Shown here: piece after piece, positions 1 to 12,082 of the stretch
How positions within the stretch are numbered: the first letter of the stretch is position 1
Layout of the letters: each line of letters starts with the position of its first letter
Source: Clostridiales bacterium
Lineage (GTDB): Bacteria; Bacillota; Clostridia; Oscillospirales; QAMX01
Direction of reading: 5' to 3'
NCBI GenBank assembly: GCA_012800055.1
Contig: JAAZKA010000075.1
Location: 1-48,209, forward strand
Length of the DNA: 48,209 nucleotides
Position numbers and translations under genes: made by a program
The notes under the pieces: generated by a model
Database searches by the model: none
What the model was told of the DNA's origin: nothing
The model's input: only the letters and a program-made list of their open reading frames with translations

Positions 1-1365
1 CTGCTTCGAGAAATCCGCCGCGACGTTCTCCGAGAACCAGTCCGACAGACGGTCAACATAGAGAGAGTAGGAGTTGAGCCAGTTGATCGCGGGGAAGTGG
101 CGGCGGTAGGCAAGCTGCGCGTCGAGGCCCCAGAAGACCTTGACGATACGCAGCGTGGCCTGCGTGACCGGCTCGGAGAAATCGCCGCCGGTCGGCGACA
201 CCGCGCCGATAGCCGAGAGCGCACCCTCACGCCCGTCTCCGCCCAGGCAGATGACACGTCCGGCGCGCTCGTAGAACTGCGCCAGGCGGGAGGTCAGGTA
301 CGCGGGGTAGCCTTCCTCGCCGGGCATCTCCTCCAGACGTCCGGACATCTCGCGCAGCGCCTCCGCCCAGCGGGACGTCGAGTCCGCAAGTACCGCGACA
401 CTCATGCCCATGTCGCGGTAGTATTCCGCGATCGTAATGCCCGTGTAGACGCTCGCCTCACGCGCCGCGACCGGCATGTCGGAGGTGTTTGCGATGAGCA
501 CCGTACGCTTCATCAGGCTTTCACCGGAATGCGGATCCTTCAGCTCCGGAAACTCACGCAGAACGTCGGTCATCTCGTTGCCGCGCTCGCCGCAGCCGAT
601 GTAGACGACGATGTCCACATCCGACCACTTCGCAAGCTGGTGCTGCACGACCGTCTTGCCCGACCCGAATGGCCCGGGGATTGCCGCCGTACCGCCGCGT
701 GCGATCGGAAACATCGTGTCGACGTTCCTCTGACCCGTCAGCATCGGCACCGTCGGCGACAGCTTCGTCTTATACGGACGTCCGCGGCGTACCGGCCACT
801 TCTGCATCAGCGTAATCGCGTGGACATTCCCGGCCGCGTCGGTGATCTCCGCCACGGTATCGGTGACCTTGTAGTCCCCGGCGACGATCTTCGTGATCTT
901 GCCGGTCAGACCGTAGGGCACCATGATCTTGACGCTGACGATGGGGGTCTCTTTGACGTAGCCGATGATATCACCCGCCTCGACGCCCGCACCGCGTCTG
1001 AGGAGCGGGATGAATGTCCAGCGCTTCTCACGGTCGAGCGCCGGGACATGCACGCCGCGCGCGATCTGAGACCCGGTCATGTCACGGATTTTCTCCAGAG
1101 GCCGCTGGATGCCGTCGAAGATATTCTCGATGAGCTCCGGCCCGAGTTCTACGGACAGCGGCGCGCCGGTGGTCTCGACGATGTCGCCAGGTCCTAAACC
1201 CGCGGTCTCCTCATATACCTGAATGGACGCACGGTCGCCGCGCATCTCGATGATTTCTCCGATCAGACGCAGCTTTCCGACATACGCCACGTCGAACATA
1301 TTCGCGTCTCCCATGCCCTCGGCTACAACCAGAGGGCCGGAGACCTTTACAATCTTACCGCTCAT
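1..1365 (-). CDS. ntpA: V/A-type ATP synthase subunit A (partial, runs off the left edge)
   Basis: Not in the ORF track because it is truncated. The minus strand from ATG 1365 reads [15 protein letters not shown]..., includes Walker A GPFGSGKT and later [11 protein letters not shown]; ATGA overlap with the stop of subunit F. Confidence 0.95.
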   Translation of the reverse strand, partial: MSGKIVKVSGPLVVAEGMGDANMFDVAYVGKLRLIGEIIEMRGDRASIQVYEETAGLGPGDIVETTGAPLSVELGPELIENIFDGIQRPLEKIRDMTGSQIARGVHVPALDREKRWTFIPLLRRGAGVEAGDIIGYVKETPIVSVKIMVPYGLTGKITKIVAGDYKVTDTVAEITDAAGNVHAITLMQKWPVRRGRPYKTKLSPTVPMLTGQRNVDTMFPIARGGTAAIPGPFGSGKTVVQHQLAKWSDVDIVVYIGCGERGNEMTDVLREFPELKDPHSGESLMKRTVLIANTSDMPVAAREASVYTGITIAEYYRDMGMSVAVLADSTSRWAEALREMSGRLEEMPGEEGYPAYLTSRLAQFYERAGRVICLGGDGREGALSAIGAVSPTGGDFSEPVTQATLRIVKVFWGLDAQLAYRRHFPAINWLNSYSLYVDRLSDWFSENVAADFSKQ

Positions 1366-1694
1366 ACTTCGTCCTCATCCCCCAACAGATTCGCGCCGAC
1401 GGCGCGTTCGACGGACTTTGACAGCGCCGTCATGCCGATTTGCAGACTCCCCGCGCGTCCCGGGATCAGAATCACCGCCGGGATCGTCTCATCCGCATAG
1501 CGTGCGATCTCCTCGGGGATATGCCGAGCGAGGTCCTCCGTGATATAGATGATCGCGCACTTCTCCCGGGCAAGCGTATGGAGCGCCTGCGACGCTTCCT
1601 CTGCGTTCTGCGCAAAGATTGTCTCAAGTCCAAGCGCGCGGAAACCAAGAACACTCGTCCGGTCGCCGATCACCGCGATTTTATGTTTCTCCAT
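1362..1694 (-). CDS. V/A-type ATP synthase subunit F
   Basis: 110 aa, KIAVIGD...GFRALG start and VERAVGANL end; lies between subunits C and A. Confidence 0.92.
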   Translation of the reverse strand: MEKHKIAVIGDRTSVLGFRALGLETIFAQNAEEASQALHTLAREKCAIIYITEDLARHIPEEIARYADETIPAVILIPGRAGSLQIGMTALSKSVERAVGANLLGDEDEV

Positions 1695-1696
1695 CG

Positions 1697-2659
1697 TTAC
1701 AGCCTTTCCCGCAGCTGCGCCGGTGTCAGCCCGCCGCGCCGTCCCGCAAGAATCACGCGGACACGCTGCAGCGCAAGCTCCTGTCCGTACAGATATGAAA
1801 GCGCCACACCCTCGCCAAACGTCTGACGCGCGGCGTCTTTGATATACGCCTCGGTGCGCCGTTCCCCGGCCTGCTCCACGCGCGTCACGCTTCCGGTACC
1901 CGAGAGCGTCTCCCTTGCAGCATCCACCGACTCCGGCAGCACCTTCCCGAATACCTTTGCCAGCGATTCGCCCGTCGTATCGTGCAGAAGCTCCGTCGTA
2001 TCACAGTTCCCGCCCGGGATGAGCACCTGTCTGAGCATATGATACCCGCGTCCGAGCCGGCGTGCGCGGACATAGCTGATCAGGTTCGCGCGGTCGATCA
2101 GGAGCTTGACATACCCGATCACCGTCTGCAAGCCCATCTCCGTCGCAATGTTCAGGCACTCTGCGAACATCACGCGGTCGAGTGCAAAGTCGAGAAGCTG
2201 CGGGTCGCCGGTACGCGTATAGGTCTCGCGCGCTTCGCGGATACCGGACGCGGCAGACTCGGGCAGTCCTTCGTACTCCTCCGCGGCGATCTTCCGTACG
2301 CGCTCGATGCTCCACGTCCCGGCGGGCATGTACAGCGCCGCAAGACGGTCGGGTGCTTTGAACGCAGCCTTGAGGTTGTGGTAGTCGTATTTGATTCGGA
2401 ACAGCAAGAGCAGCCGTTTGTCCGGCAGGAAGCTCTCGAGTTCACGGAAGGTGGTCTCTCTGGACTTCGCGAGGATGTCCTCCGCCGTGGTCTCATCGCC
2501 GGGCAGTTCGAGTCCCATGTCGCCGAAGACTTTATAGGCTTCCGGATCGGTCTTTGCGTCGATGAGACGGTCAAGGCTGGACGTTCCGATCATCCGTGTC
2601 TCCATAACGCGGATACGGCCGGTGGCATAGAGATAGGCTTCGGAGTTTATCTTACCCAT
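1697..2659 (-). CDS. ntpC: V/A-type ATP synthase subunit C
   Basis: YLYATGRIRVME and YDYHNLK motifs; start placed at ATG 2659 after GAGG; operon position. Confidence 0.88.
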   Translation of the reverse strand: MGKINSEAYLYATGRIRVMETRMIGTSSLDRLIDAKTDPEAYKVFGDMGLELPGDETTAEDILAKSRETTFRELESFLPDKRLLLLFRIKYDYHNLKAAFKAPDRLAALYMPAGTWSIERVRKIAAEEYEGLPESAASGIREARETYTRTGDPQLLDFALDRVMFAECLNIATEMGLQTVIGYVKLLIDRANLISYVRARRLGRGYHMLRQVLIPGGNCDTTELLHDTTGESLAKVFGKVLPESVDAARETLSGTGSVTRVEQAGERRTEAYIKDAARQTFGEGVALSYLYGQELALQRVRVILAGRRGGLTPAQLRERL

Positions 2660-2667
2660 GGCGGTCC

Positions 2668-3255
2668 TCAAAAGAGCATCCCGGCGACTTCGCCGGTCAG
2701 GCGCGGCCGGCTCTTGCGCACGAGTGCCTCAAGCGTCAGGTTGGTCTCGACATTGCCCGCGCGAAGCAGAACGCCGCCGCTGATATGGTCATCCGCACCG
2801 CCGTCGATGAGCGCCGCGCACTTACGTCCCGTCAGCGCGCGGTTTGTCTCCCGCAGCACGGTTTCCATCAGATCCGTATCGGCTTTCGCGTAAAAGACGG
2901 TCTCGCCGCCCTGCGCATAGCGCTCGAGCAATCCGGCGAGCAGCTTCACACGCTGCGCGTCGGGCAGTTTTTTGAGATTGTCGAGCACACGGTCAAACAC
3001 CTCGCCGATCAGCTCCTGCTTGGTGGAGAGGGCAGTCTTCTGTGCCGCAAGCTTCGCGGTACTCTTTGCCCGGCGTTTGATTTCCTCCGCCGTACGTTCG
3101 GTATCCTTCAGACGCTGCTCATATGCCGCGTCCGCGTTCACACGCGCCCTCTGCAGTATCTGCAGCGCCTGAGCACGCGCATCCTTTTCGATCTTATCCA
3201 CATCGGACGCCGCTTCCTCACGGATGCGTCCGACGATCCTGTCTATTCCCTGCAT
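2668..3255 (-). CDS. ntpE: V/A-type ATP synthase subunit E
   Basis: Helical charged N-terminus, ISGGVLL...NLTLEAL C-terminal motif; operon position. Confidence 0.88.
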   Translation of the reverse strand: MQGIDRIVGRIREEAASDVDKIEKDARAQALQILQRARVNADAAYEQRLKDTERTAEEIKRRAKSTAKLAAQKTALSTKQELIGEVFDRVLDNLKKLPDAQRVKLLAGLLERYAQGGETVFYAKADTDLMETVLRETNRALTGRKCAALIDGGADDHISGGVLLRAGNVETNLTLEALVRKSRPRLTGEVAGMLF

Positions 3256-3301
3256 ACCTCTACCCTCCCGTGTCGTGTGATCGTGCGTGGAGAAGCCCGC
3301 A

Positions 3302-5732
<2,431 letters not shown>

Positions 5733-5745
<13 letters not shown>

Positions 5746-6071
5746 GCGCCGCTCACAATCCTTTCCGCCACGGCAGCAGCGGCCGCGACTATTTTCTTAC
5801 CTGCGGTTTTTCTCAGATCGTCCGCCTCACCGTCGGCATAGCGTGCCGCTTCACGGATCAGCTGCTCGCCCTGTGCATCCGCCTCCTGCAGAAGCATCGC
5901 GCACGCCTCGTCGGCTTCTTTCTCTCGTGTGCGCTTCAGTGCTTCCGCGTCGGCATGTGCCTGTGAGAGCGCGCGCCTTGCGCGTTCTTTCGCGCGCGTG
6001 ATCTCCTCCGCGGCCTGCTCCTCAGCTTCCGCGACCACTCTAATCGCTTCCATCGCCAATTTTTCATTCAC
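5733..6071 (-). CDS. Probable V-ATPase peripheral stalk subunit G/H
   Basis: Ala/Glu/Arg-rich coiled-coil protein directly upstream of and overlapping ntpI; start uncertain (6071 or 6053). Confidence 0.7.
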
Positions 6072-6129
6072 CTCTGATATTTGACGCTTTTAATAAAAAT
6101 GTTTTTCTAAAGACTTGCTTTTTTCGACG

Positions 6130-6360
6130 CTATCCTTGCGCGTTCGGGCAATCTCTCTTGCAGCATTTGCACGCGGGCGACGGCTCCGTCATGTATGCTT
6201 TGCGTGACACCAACGAGATGTTCGCCTTTGTGTACACCCGTTCCAGCACGCGTCCTCCGCAGCCGGGACATGGGATCAGGTTCTTCTCCTTCTCTTCTAT
6301 CGTCGCCTGGACGTTAAAAACGGTATCGCAGCGGCGACATTTGAAGTCATAAAAGGGCAT
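6130..6360 (-). CDS. FmdB-family zinc ribbon protein
   Basis: MPFYDFKCRRC...CPGCG pattern; AGGAGA RBS; extra Cys-rich tail CKCCKRDC. Confidence 0.85.
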   Translation of the reverse strand: MPFYDFKCRRCDTVFNVQATIEEKEKNLIPCPGCGGRVLERVYTKANISLVSRKAYMTEPSPACKCCKRDCPNAQG

Positions 6361-6401
6361 TTGCTTTTCTCCTTCGGTCTTTCTTGAATCTTTTCCAAGT
6401 T

Positions 6402-6430
6402 ATTATATCAAACTTCATGCGTTTTGGCAA
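6402..6430 (-). promoter_or_regulatory. Sigma-A-type promoter for the zinc-ribbon gene and possibly the ATPase operon
   Basis: Minus strand TTGCCA-17 bp-TATAAT with extended TG. Confidence 0.7.
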
Positions 6431-6574
6431 GGCATTTGTGATGTTTTTTTGTAACAGTTTTTTTAATTTAATATCCCTCTTCCCAAAATCAAAAAAGTGT
6501 GCTATACTGGAAACGTACCTTCCGGGTTCCCGGAATATGTCTTATTTTATTATTTTACTGACGAGGTGTATACT

Positions 6575-7969
6575 ATGGAGTTCCAGGGTCTGACGCTTGA
6601 CGTCCGCAATCATCCGAAATACGACACGGGTTTCGTACCTTTCGCCCGCTTCATCGACGCGTATACGGCGCAGGTCGAGGCGTTTGCGAAGGCAAAGCCC
6701 GTGAAGATCGCTCTCGAGCGCGAGAACGGCCAGATCAGCGTCTACGAGACGAAGGTCTTCGGCGACTGTCGCAACGGTCACGGCGAGCTTGACCGGCTGT
6801 ACCTTGAGCGGCTTTGTAAGGCACTGCTGTGGATACGCGGCGGGTTCCGCTTCACGATCTGCGGCGTCCCGACGCTCGCGAAGTATATTAAGGAACAGTA
6901 CGCGCCCGGCGGTCTGCGCGCGTTCGACGCCGAATTTATGGCCGGTGTCTACGAGCATAAGTTCGAGGTCAAGTCCGCAAAGTACGATGAGGCTCCTGCC
7001 GCGCATGAGTTGTCCAAGAGTGTAGGCCGTCACCTGGACGGCTACCGCATCGGGTTCGATGCCGGCGGCTCCGACCGCAAGGTCAGCGCTGTGGTCAACG
7101 GCGAGAGCATCTTCTCCGAGGAGGTCGTCTGGCAGCCGAAGGTCAACGCCGATCCCGAGTATCATTATCAGGGCATCCTCTCCGCGTTCCGGGCGGCGGC
7201 TTCCAAAATGCCGCGCGTCGACGCGATCGGCGTATCGTCCGCCGGTATCTATGTTGCCAACCGTACGATGGTCGCGTCTCTGTTCATCAAGGTCCCGAAG
7301 GCCGACTTCGACGCGAAGGTCAAGGACATCTACATCCGCGCAGCGAAAGAAATCGGCGCGGATATCCCGCTGGAGGTTGCAAACGACGGCGACGTAACGG
7401 CGCTCGCGGGCTCGATGGAGCTCAACGACAACCGTGTTCTGGGCATCGCAATGGGCACCTCCGAGGCCGGCGGCTACATCGACGCGGCAGGCAACATCAC
7501 CGGCTGGCTCAACGAGCTGGCGTTCGTGCCGGTCGACCTCAACCCCGACGCGATGTTGGACGAGTGGTCGGGCGACTACGGCTGCGGCGTGAAGTATTTC
7601 TCGCAGGACTGCGTGATCAAGCTGGCTCCGGCGGCCGGCGTCGAGCTGAATGCCGACGCGACCCCGGCTGAGAAGCTGAAGGCTGTCCAGAAGCTGATGC
7701 TCGCGGACGATCCCCGCGCGCGCGGCATCTATGAGAGCATCGGCTGCTACCTCGCCCACGGTCTTGCTCTGTACGACAAGTTCTACGACATCAAGCATGT
7801 CCTGCTGATGGGCCGCGTCGTCTCCGGTGAGGGCGGCAACATCATCCTCGCCGAAACTTCCCGCATCCTGCGCGAGGAATATCCGGCCGTCGCGGACCGT
7901 CTGAAGCTGCACCTCCCCGACGAGGTCTCCCGCCGTGTCGGTCAGTCCGTCGCCGCTGCCAGTTTGTAA
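6575..7969 (+). CDS. ROK-family sugar kinase-like protein with long N-terminal extension
   Basis: IGFDAGGSD, ANDGDVTALA and MGTSEAGGY...NELAF ROK-like motifs; GAGGTG RBS before ATG 6575. Confidence 0.8.
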   Translation: MEFQGLTLDVRNHPKYDTGFVPFARFIDAYTAQVEAFAKAKPVKIALERENGQISVYETKVFGDCRNGHGELDRLYLERLCKALLWIRGGFRFTICGVPTLAKYIKEQYAPGGLRAFDAEFMAGVYEHKFEVKSAKYDEAPAAHELSKSVGRHLDGYRIGFDAGGSDRKVSAVVNGESIFSEEVVWQPKVNADPEYHYQGILSAFRAAASKMPRVDAIGVSSAGIYVANRTMVASLFIKVPKADFDAKVKDIYIRAAKEIGADIPLEVANDGDVTALAGSMELNDNRVLGIAMGTSEAGGYIDAAGNITGWLNELAFVPVDLNPDAMLDEWSGDYGCGVKYFSQDCVIKLAPAAGVELNADATPAEKLKAVQKLMLADDPRARGIYESIGCYLAHGLALYDKFYDIKHVLLMGRVVSGEGGNIILAETSRILREEYPAVADRLKLHLPDEVSRRVGQSVAAASL

Positions 7970-7972
7970 TCC

Positions 7973-8001
7973 GTAGGGTGGGATGAGAGCATCCCACCCT
8001 A
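7973..8001 (+). repeat. GTAG-initiated palindrome (REP-like or terminator hairpin)
   Basis: GTAGGGTGGGATG-agag-CATCCCACCCTA immediately after the ROK stop codon. Confidence 0.55.
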
Positions 8002-8030
8002 TATAACAAACAGAAAGGGGTGCTGCCGTT

Positions 8031-9176
8031 ATGCGGCTGAAAAACACGCTGGCGATTCTTCTCGCGGTGCTGATGATCGGAACACTGGCAATACTGCCGA
8101 ATGTGCTGGCGGCTACATACAACGGCAGCACCGTCTACTATACCGTAATCAACGACACGATGCTTGATCTGATGTACGCCTCGATGCCCGCTCTGGTGGG
8201 CGAGAAGATGTACGTCCCCTATACGTTGTTCACCGAATTCTTCGGAATCCGCAGCTCCTACAGCGCCGCCGAGCAGATTCTGTTCCTCTCCAATGCCGAG
8301 AGGCTCGTTCGCTTTGACATCACGCGCGGCATGGCATATGACAAAAACCTCAACGAAATTCGCCAAGCTGCGCTCATCATCCGCGGACAAGTCTTCGTAC
8401 CGGCAGAGTTCGTCGCCGACTACTTCGGGTTCTACTACAGCTTTGTCTCCGGCGCTGACATCGTGCGGCTGTCGGACAACTCCGCGACCTACCCCGATCA
8501 GATGCTGTCGTCGGTCTATGCCGACAAAATGCGCGCAATGCTCACGGCACTCACCGCCGCCGTCACCTCGACGACGACCGTGACCTCCACCTCCACACAG
8601 ACCAGCACCACCGTCGTTAAGAAGACCACCCTCCCGCCCGCCGTTTCCCAGACCACGCTGCCTCCCCGCGATGTGTACCTGTACTTCCTTCTCGAAGACG
8701 ACAAAGACCTCCCGGAGATTCTCGAGACGCTGAACGCCCGGGGACTGTACGCATGTTTCTTCTGCTCTGCCGACGCCGCCGCGTCGCTGCCGTCCCTGCT
8801 GGTACGCGGGCAGTCTGCCGGTGTACTCGTATCCCGCCCGCCCGCCGGCATGCCCGTGTCGCGCTATCATGCGTATGCCCTCGCACAGGCCGCCGACATC
8901 AACGACCGCTTCTTCCGACTTTCACGCGTCCAGTCCCGCGCGCTGCTGATGGACTTCCCCGACGGCCCTGCCGATGCACTCACCGCCGCCGGGTACGATG
9001 TCCTCACCCCCGGGTTCCTCGCCGACCCCGACACCGACGTTCTCGCCTCCGTCCTCGAATACTTCTCATCCACACGCGGCTCCGTCTACCTCGCCCTCCG
9101 CGCCGACGCAGATACTGCCTCCATCCTCGCGGTACTGCTCGACTCTCTCTGCGCGGTCGGCGGACAGATCAAGTAG
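8031..9176 (+). CDS. Secreted protein: copper-amine-oxidase-N-like domain, Thr-rich linker, degenerate polysaccharide deacetylase-like domain
   Basis: N-terminal signal peptide; MYVPY and VFVPAEFVADYFG motifs; TSTTTVTSTSTQTSTT linker; C-terminal ILETL..RGLYACFF resembles the NodB fold without its catalytic motifs. Confidence 0.6.
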   Translation: MRLKNTLAILLAVLMIGTLAILPNVLAATYNGSTVYYTVINDTMLDLMYASMPALVGEKMYVPYTLFTEFFGIRSSYSAAEQILFLSNAERLVRFDITRGMAYDKNLNEIRQAALIIRGQVFVPAEFVADYFGFYYSFVSGADIVRLSDNSATYPDQMLSSVYADKMRAMLTALTAAVTSTTTVTSTSTQTSTTVVKKTTLPPAVSQTTLPPRDVYLYFLLEDDKDLPEILETLNARGLYACFFCSADAAASLPSLLVRGQSAGVLVSRPPAGMPVSRYHAYALAQAADINDRFFRLSRVQSRALLMDFPDGPADALTAAGYDVLTPGFLADPDTDVLASVLEYFSSTRGSVYLALRADADTASILAVLLDSLCAVGGQIK

Positions 9177-9229
9177 CGGCGAACCGTGTTCGCCCGCTTC
9201 CGCTGTATTCGGCAGAAAGGATTGACAAT

Positions 9230-10282
9230 ATGAAGCCATATACCGTCAGCGACAGCATCCTGTTTGTAAACCATCACAGGTACCGGCGTTCGGGGCATCT
9301 GGGTCATGCACTGGTGGAATACGCACCCGGACGTCTTCTCGCGTTCTATTCCGACTGCGCAGGCTCGCGCCACAACGGGCACAACGGCTTCGGCTGGATG
9401 AACTATAAGCGTTCGCTCGACGGCGGCGCGACCTGGGGTGAGCCGGAAACGCTCGAATACTCCAAAGAGCTGTTCCTCGATGGCGAGGTATCGGTAAGCT
9501 GCGAGAAAGCGGTCTGCACCGACCGCGGGACGATTGTGCTGTCGTGCCTGATCAACGAGTACGCGCCGGCATGGGAACCGTGGCGCGCGCCGACATACCT
9601 GCGCAGCTTCGACGGCGGGTTCTCGTGGACGCCGCCGCGAGTGCTGTCCGAACAACCCGGACGTGTCTACGATATGCGCTACCGAGACGGTGTGATTTAC
9701 GCGCTGCACTTTGCAAACGATGGGCATAAGTCCTTCTGCGGCAACGCGCCGGAGCATCAATACAAGCTGCTTGTCTCTGCGGACGACGGCGAAACGTTCA
9801 CCGAACGTTCTACGCTTCCCTTCGACACGATGGGCCGCGGCTACGGGTCGCTGTGCTTCCGGCCGGACGGGACGCTGCTGGCATATATATACAACAGCCG
9901 GGATGAATATACGATGGATGTCTGTGTGAGCCATGACCTCGGGATGACGTGGGACGCGCCGGTGCCGTCATATGTGGGCAAACGCATCCGCAATCCGCAG
10001 ACGGCGTACTACGGCGGTCGGTACTTCCTCCACGGCCGCTCGGGATGCGTCGACCGTACGAAGCCGATGAATTTCGTACTTTATACATCCGCCGACGGAT
10101 TCCTGTGGGATGACGGCGTTTTCATACGGGAAACGCCTGCCGGAGCGCACGGCGGCGCGGCGTATTATTCCAACAACCTCATCGTCCATACGCCCGACGG
10201 ACGCGAGCGGCTGCTGATTCAGGCGTCCGACGCATATGAAGCCGCACGCACCGACATCCGTCATTGGTGGGTGGATGCGTAA
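9230..10282 (+). CDS. BNR/Asp-box sialidase-like beta-propeller protein
   Basis: Asp boxes SLDGGATW, SFDGGFSW, SADDGETF, SHDLGMTW and a degenerate SADGFLW; AAAGGA RBS before ATG 9230. Confidence 0.8.
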   Translation: MKPYTVSDSILFVNHHRYRRSGHLGHALVEYAPGRLLAFYSDCAGSRHNGHNGFGWMNYKRSLDGGATWGEPETLEYSKELFLDGEVSVSCEKAVCTDRGTIVLSCLINEYAPAWEPWRAPTYLRSFDGGFSWTPPRVLSEQPGRVYDMRYRDGVIYALHFANDGHKSFCGNAPEHQYKLLVSADDGETFTERSTLPFDTMGRGYGSLCFRPDGTLLAYIYNSRDEYTMDVCVSHDLGMTWDAPVPSYVGKRIRNPQTAYYGGRYFLHGRSGCVDRTKPMNFVLYTSADGFLWDDGVFIRETPAGAHGGAAYYSNNLIVHTPDGRERLLIQASDAYEAARTDIRHWWVDA

Positions 10283-10360
10283 GAGCGCGGAAAGCGTCGA
10301 TGTGTGTATAATTACTCAAAACCGTGACTGTTTTATTATGGTTTTGTACGTGTTTCCCCC

Positions 10361-10389
10361 TTGCGGCGTCGGGACTTTTGTGATATACT
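10361..10389 (+). promoter_or_regulatory. Promoter of the TAXI-TRAP operon
   Basis: TTGCGG-17 bp-TATACT with extended TG. Confidence 0.6.
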
Positions 10390-10427
10390 GTGTTAAAATT
10401 TAATCATTGCGTCTGGAGGCTTGTTCT

Positions 10428-11378
10428 ATGAAAAGAACCCTCGCCCTGCTTCTCGCGGCTCTGCTGCTCGTGACCTTCGCGCTCACCGGCTGCTCCGCGC
10501 AGAAAACGAACCTCAAGCTCGCCACAGGCTCCGCCACCGGCACATACTACGCCTATGGAGCTGCATTCACCCAGGTTCTCTCCGCCAATATCCAGGGTCT
10601 GACCTTCGACGTCCAGTCCACCGGTGCATCCAAGGCAAACATCTACAACCTTGCTGACGGCGAAGTTGATATGGGCATTGTCCAGAACGACGTCGCAGAC
10701 TATGCCTACCGCGGCGTGGATCTGTTCGACGGCGAGCAGATCACCGACTTCGTCGCGATTGCCGGCATGTATGCCGAGGTCTGCCAGGTCGTCGGTACGC
10801 CGAACATGACCTCCATCGCCGACCTGAAGGGCAAGCGCGTCTCCGTCGGCGACATCGGCTCGGGCACCGAGTTCAACGCCAAGCAGATTCTCTCCGCCTA
10901 CGGCATCAGCTTTGACGACATTACCGTCCATAACCTGAGCTTCGGCGACTCCGCGACGGCGTTCAAGGACGGCAAAATCGACGCGTTCTTCTGCACCGCC
11001 GGCGCCCCGACGACCGCGATCGTCGAGCTGGCCACGACCAACGCGCTGAACATCCTCGCCGTTGACGACGAGCACGCGGCGAAGCTGATCGCCGACTATC
11101 CGTTCTACACGCAGTTCGCCATCCCGCGCGGCAGCTACAAGGGCGTGGATGCGGACGTCATGACCGTGGCAGTCAAGGCGACGCTGGTGTGCAAGAAGAG
11201 CCTGTCGGACGATCTGGTCTATAAGATCACGAAGGCGCTGTTCGAGAAGAAGGCGGACATCACCACCGCGCATCCGAAGGGTGCGGAGCTTGACGCGGCA
11301 TACGCGGTCGCGGGCATCTCGATCGATTTCCATCCGGGCGCCGCGAAGTACTTCAAGGAAGTCGGAGCCATGAAATAA
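10428..11378 (+). CDS. TAXI-family TRAP transporter solute-binding lipoprotein
   Basis: Lipobox LTGC; ATGSATGTYY, STGASKANI, VSVGDIGSGTE and HPGAAKYFKE motifs. Confidence 0.92.
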   Translation: MKRTLALLLAALLLVTFALTGCSAQKTNLKLATGSATGTYYAYGAAFTQVLSANIQGLTFDVQSTGASKANIYNLADGEVDMGIVQNDVADYAYRGVDLFDGEQITDFVAIAGMYAEVCQVVGTPNMTSIADLKGKRVSVGDIGSGTEFNAKQILSAYGISFDDITVHNLSFGDSATAFKDGKIDAFFCTAGAPTTAIVELATTNALNILAVDDEHAAKLIADYPFYTQFAIPRGSYKGVDADVMTVAVKATLVCKKSLSDDLVYKITKALFEKKADITTAHPKGAELDAAYAVAGISIDFHPGAAKYFKEVGAMK

Positions 11379-11890
11379 TGCGCCGGGCGCGCGTTCACCT
11401 GAGCATTACGGCCGCGGTCATCATCGTTGTGATCGCGGCCGCTTGCCTTGTTCTGTTCACGCGTCCGCAGTGTCTGGTGCTGACCGACGGCAGCGGGCAT
11501 GTACTCGCGGCGTATCCGCTGGAGGATGGGGACATCTTCTCGGTGGAGTTCATCCACTCGGTCAATAAAACCCCGGTACGCGACGTATTCACGGTCGCGC
11601 CGGGGACAATTCGAGCGGTGGAGACAGTTTATTACGGCTTCGGCGCAGGGATGGAAGCGGAGCTGACGGGTGACGAGACGCTCACCTGCGACGCGGACGG
11701 CGCGATGCACATCACGGGGTTTGATAAAACCTTCACGCGTTTGAGCTATGTTGTGTCGCCGGTATCGGGACATACGCTGGTGCTGCGGCCCGATACGCCG
11801 GATGCAAGGACGGTCAGCCTGGAGACGCTGTGCGGACGCGGCAAGTCCGTCACGCTGACTGTACGCAGAGAGTTCGCGCGGGTGCGGTGA
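11378..11890 (+). CDS. DUF1850-like TAXI-TRAP accessory protein
   Basis: FIHSVNKTPV and YYGFGAGM motifs; one N-terminal TM helix; usual position between the TAXI binding protein and permease. Confidence 0.8.
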   Translation: MRRARVHLSITAAVIIVVIAAACLVLFTRPQCLVLTDGSGHVLAAYPLEDGDIFSVEFIHSVNKTPVRDVFTVAPGTIRAVETVYYGFGAGMEAELTGDETLTCDADGAMHITGFDKTFTRLSYVVSPVSGHTLVLRPDTPDARTVSLETLCGRGKSVTLTVRREFARVR

Positions 11891-12082
11891 GGCAACCCGA
11901 AAGCCGCCTCAGCATCCGGTGTCGTTATAAACGGTTCCCTGTCTTGAAATTGTCCCGGCAAAGCTTTTTAAGACCACAAAACACTGTTCCAGTCCGGATA
12001 TGCGCTTCGCTTCTTCTTCGTTTCTCTTTTTTACTATACCATATTCAGTTCCCCAATCACCGCATAAGGATGGTGTCCCCCG

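Noticed and set aside
97-1197. 366-aa plus-strand ORF
   Set aside because: Antisense to ntpA, which the ORF track missed because it is truncated.
6542-8131. 529-aa minus-strand ORF
   Set aside because: Shadow of the ROK gene; low-information sequence.
8560-8660. ACC/ACG-rich low-complexity tract
   Set aside because: It encodes the Thr-rich linker and is not an independent DNA repeat.
8753-9229. Arg/Pro-rich N-terminal extension of the 509-aa ORF call
   Set aside because: Overlaps the upstream gene out of frame; the real start is ATG 9230 with an RBS.
11889-12045. Assigning the intergenic structure as 6S RNA
   Set aside because: It appears too short and I cannot recognise the 6S central-bubble consensus; kept only as an unassigned candidate.
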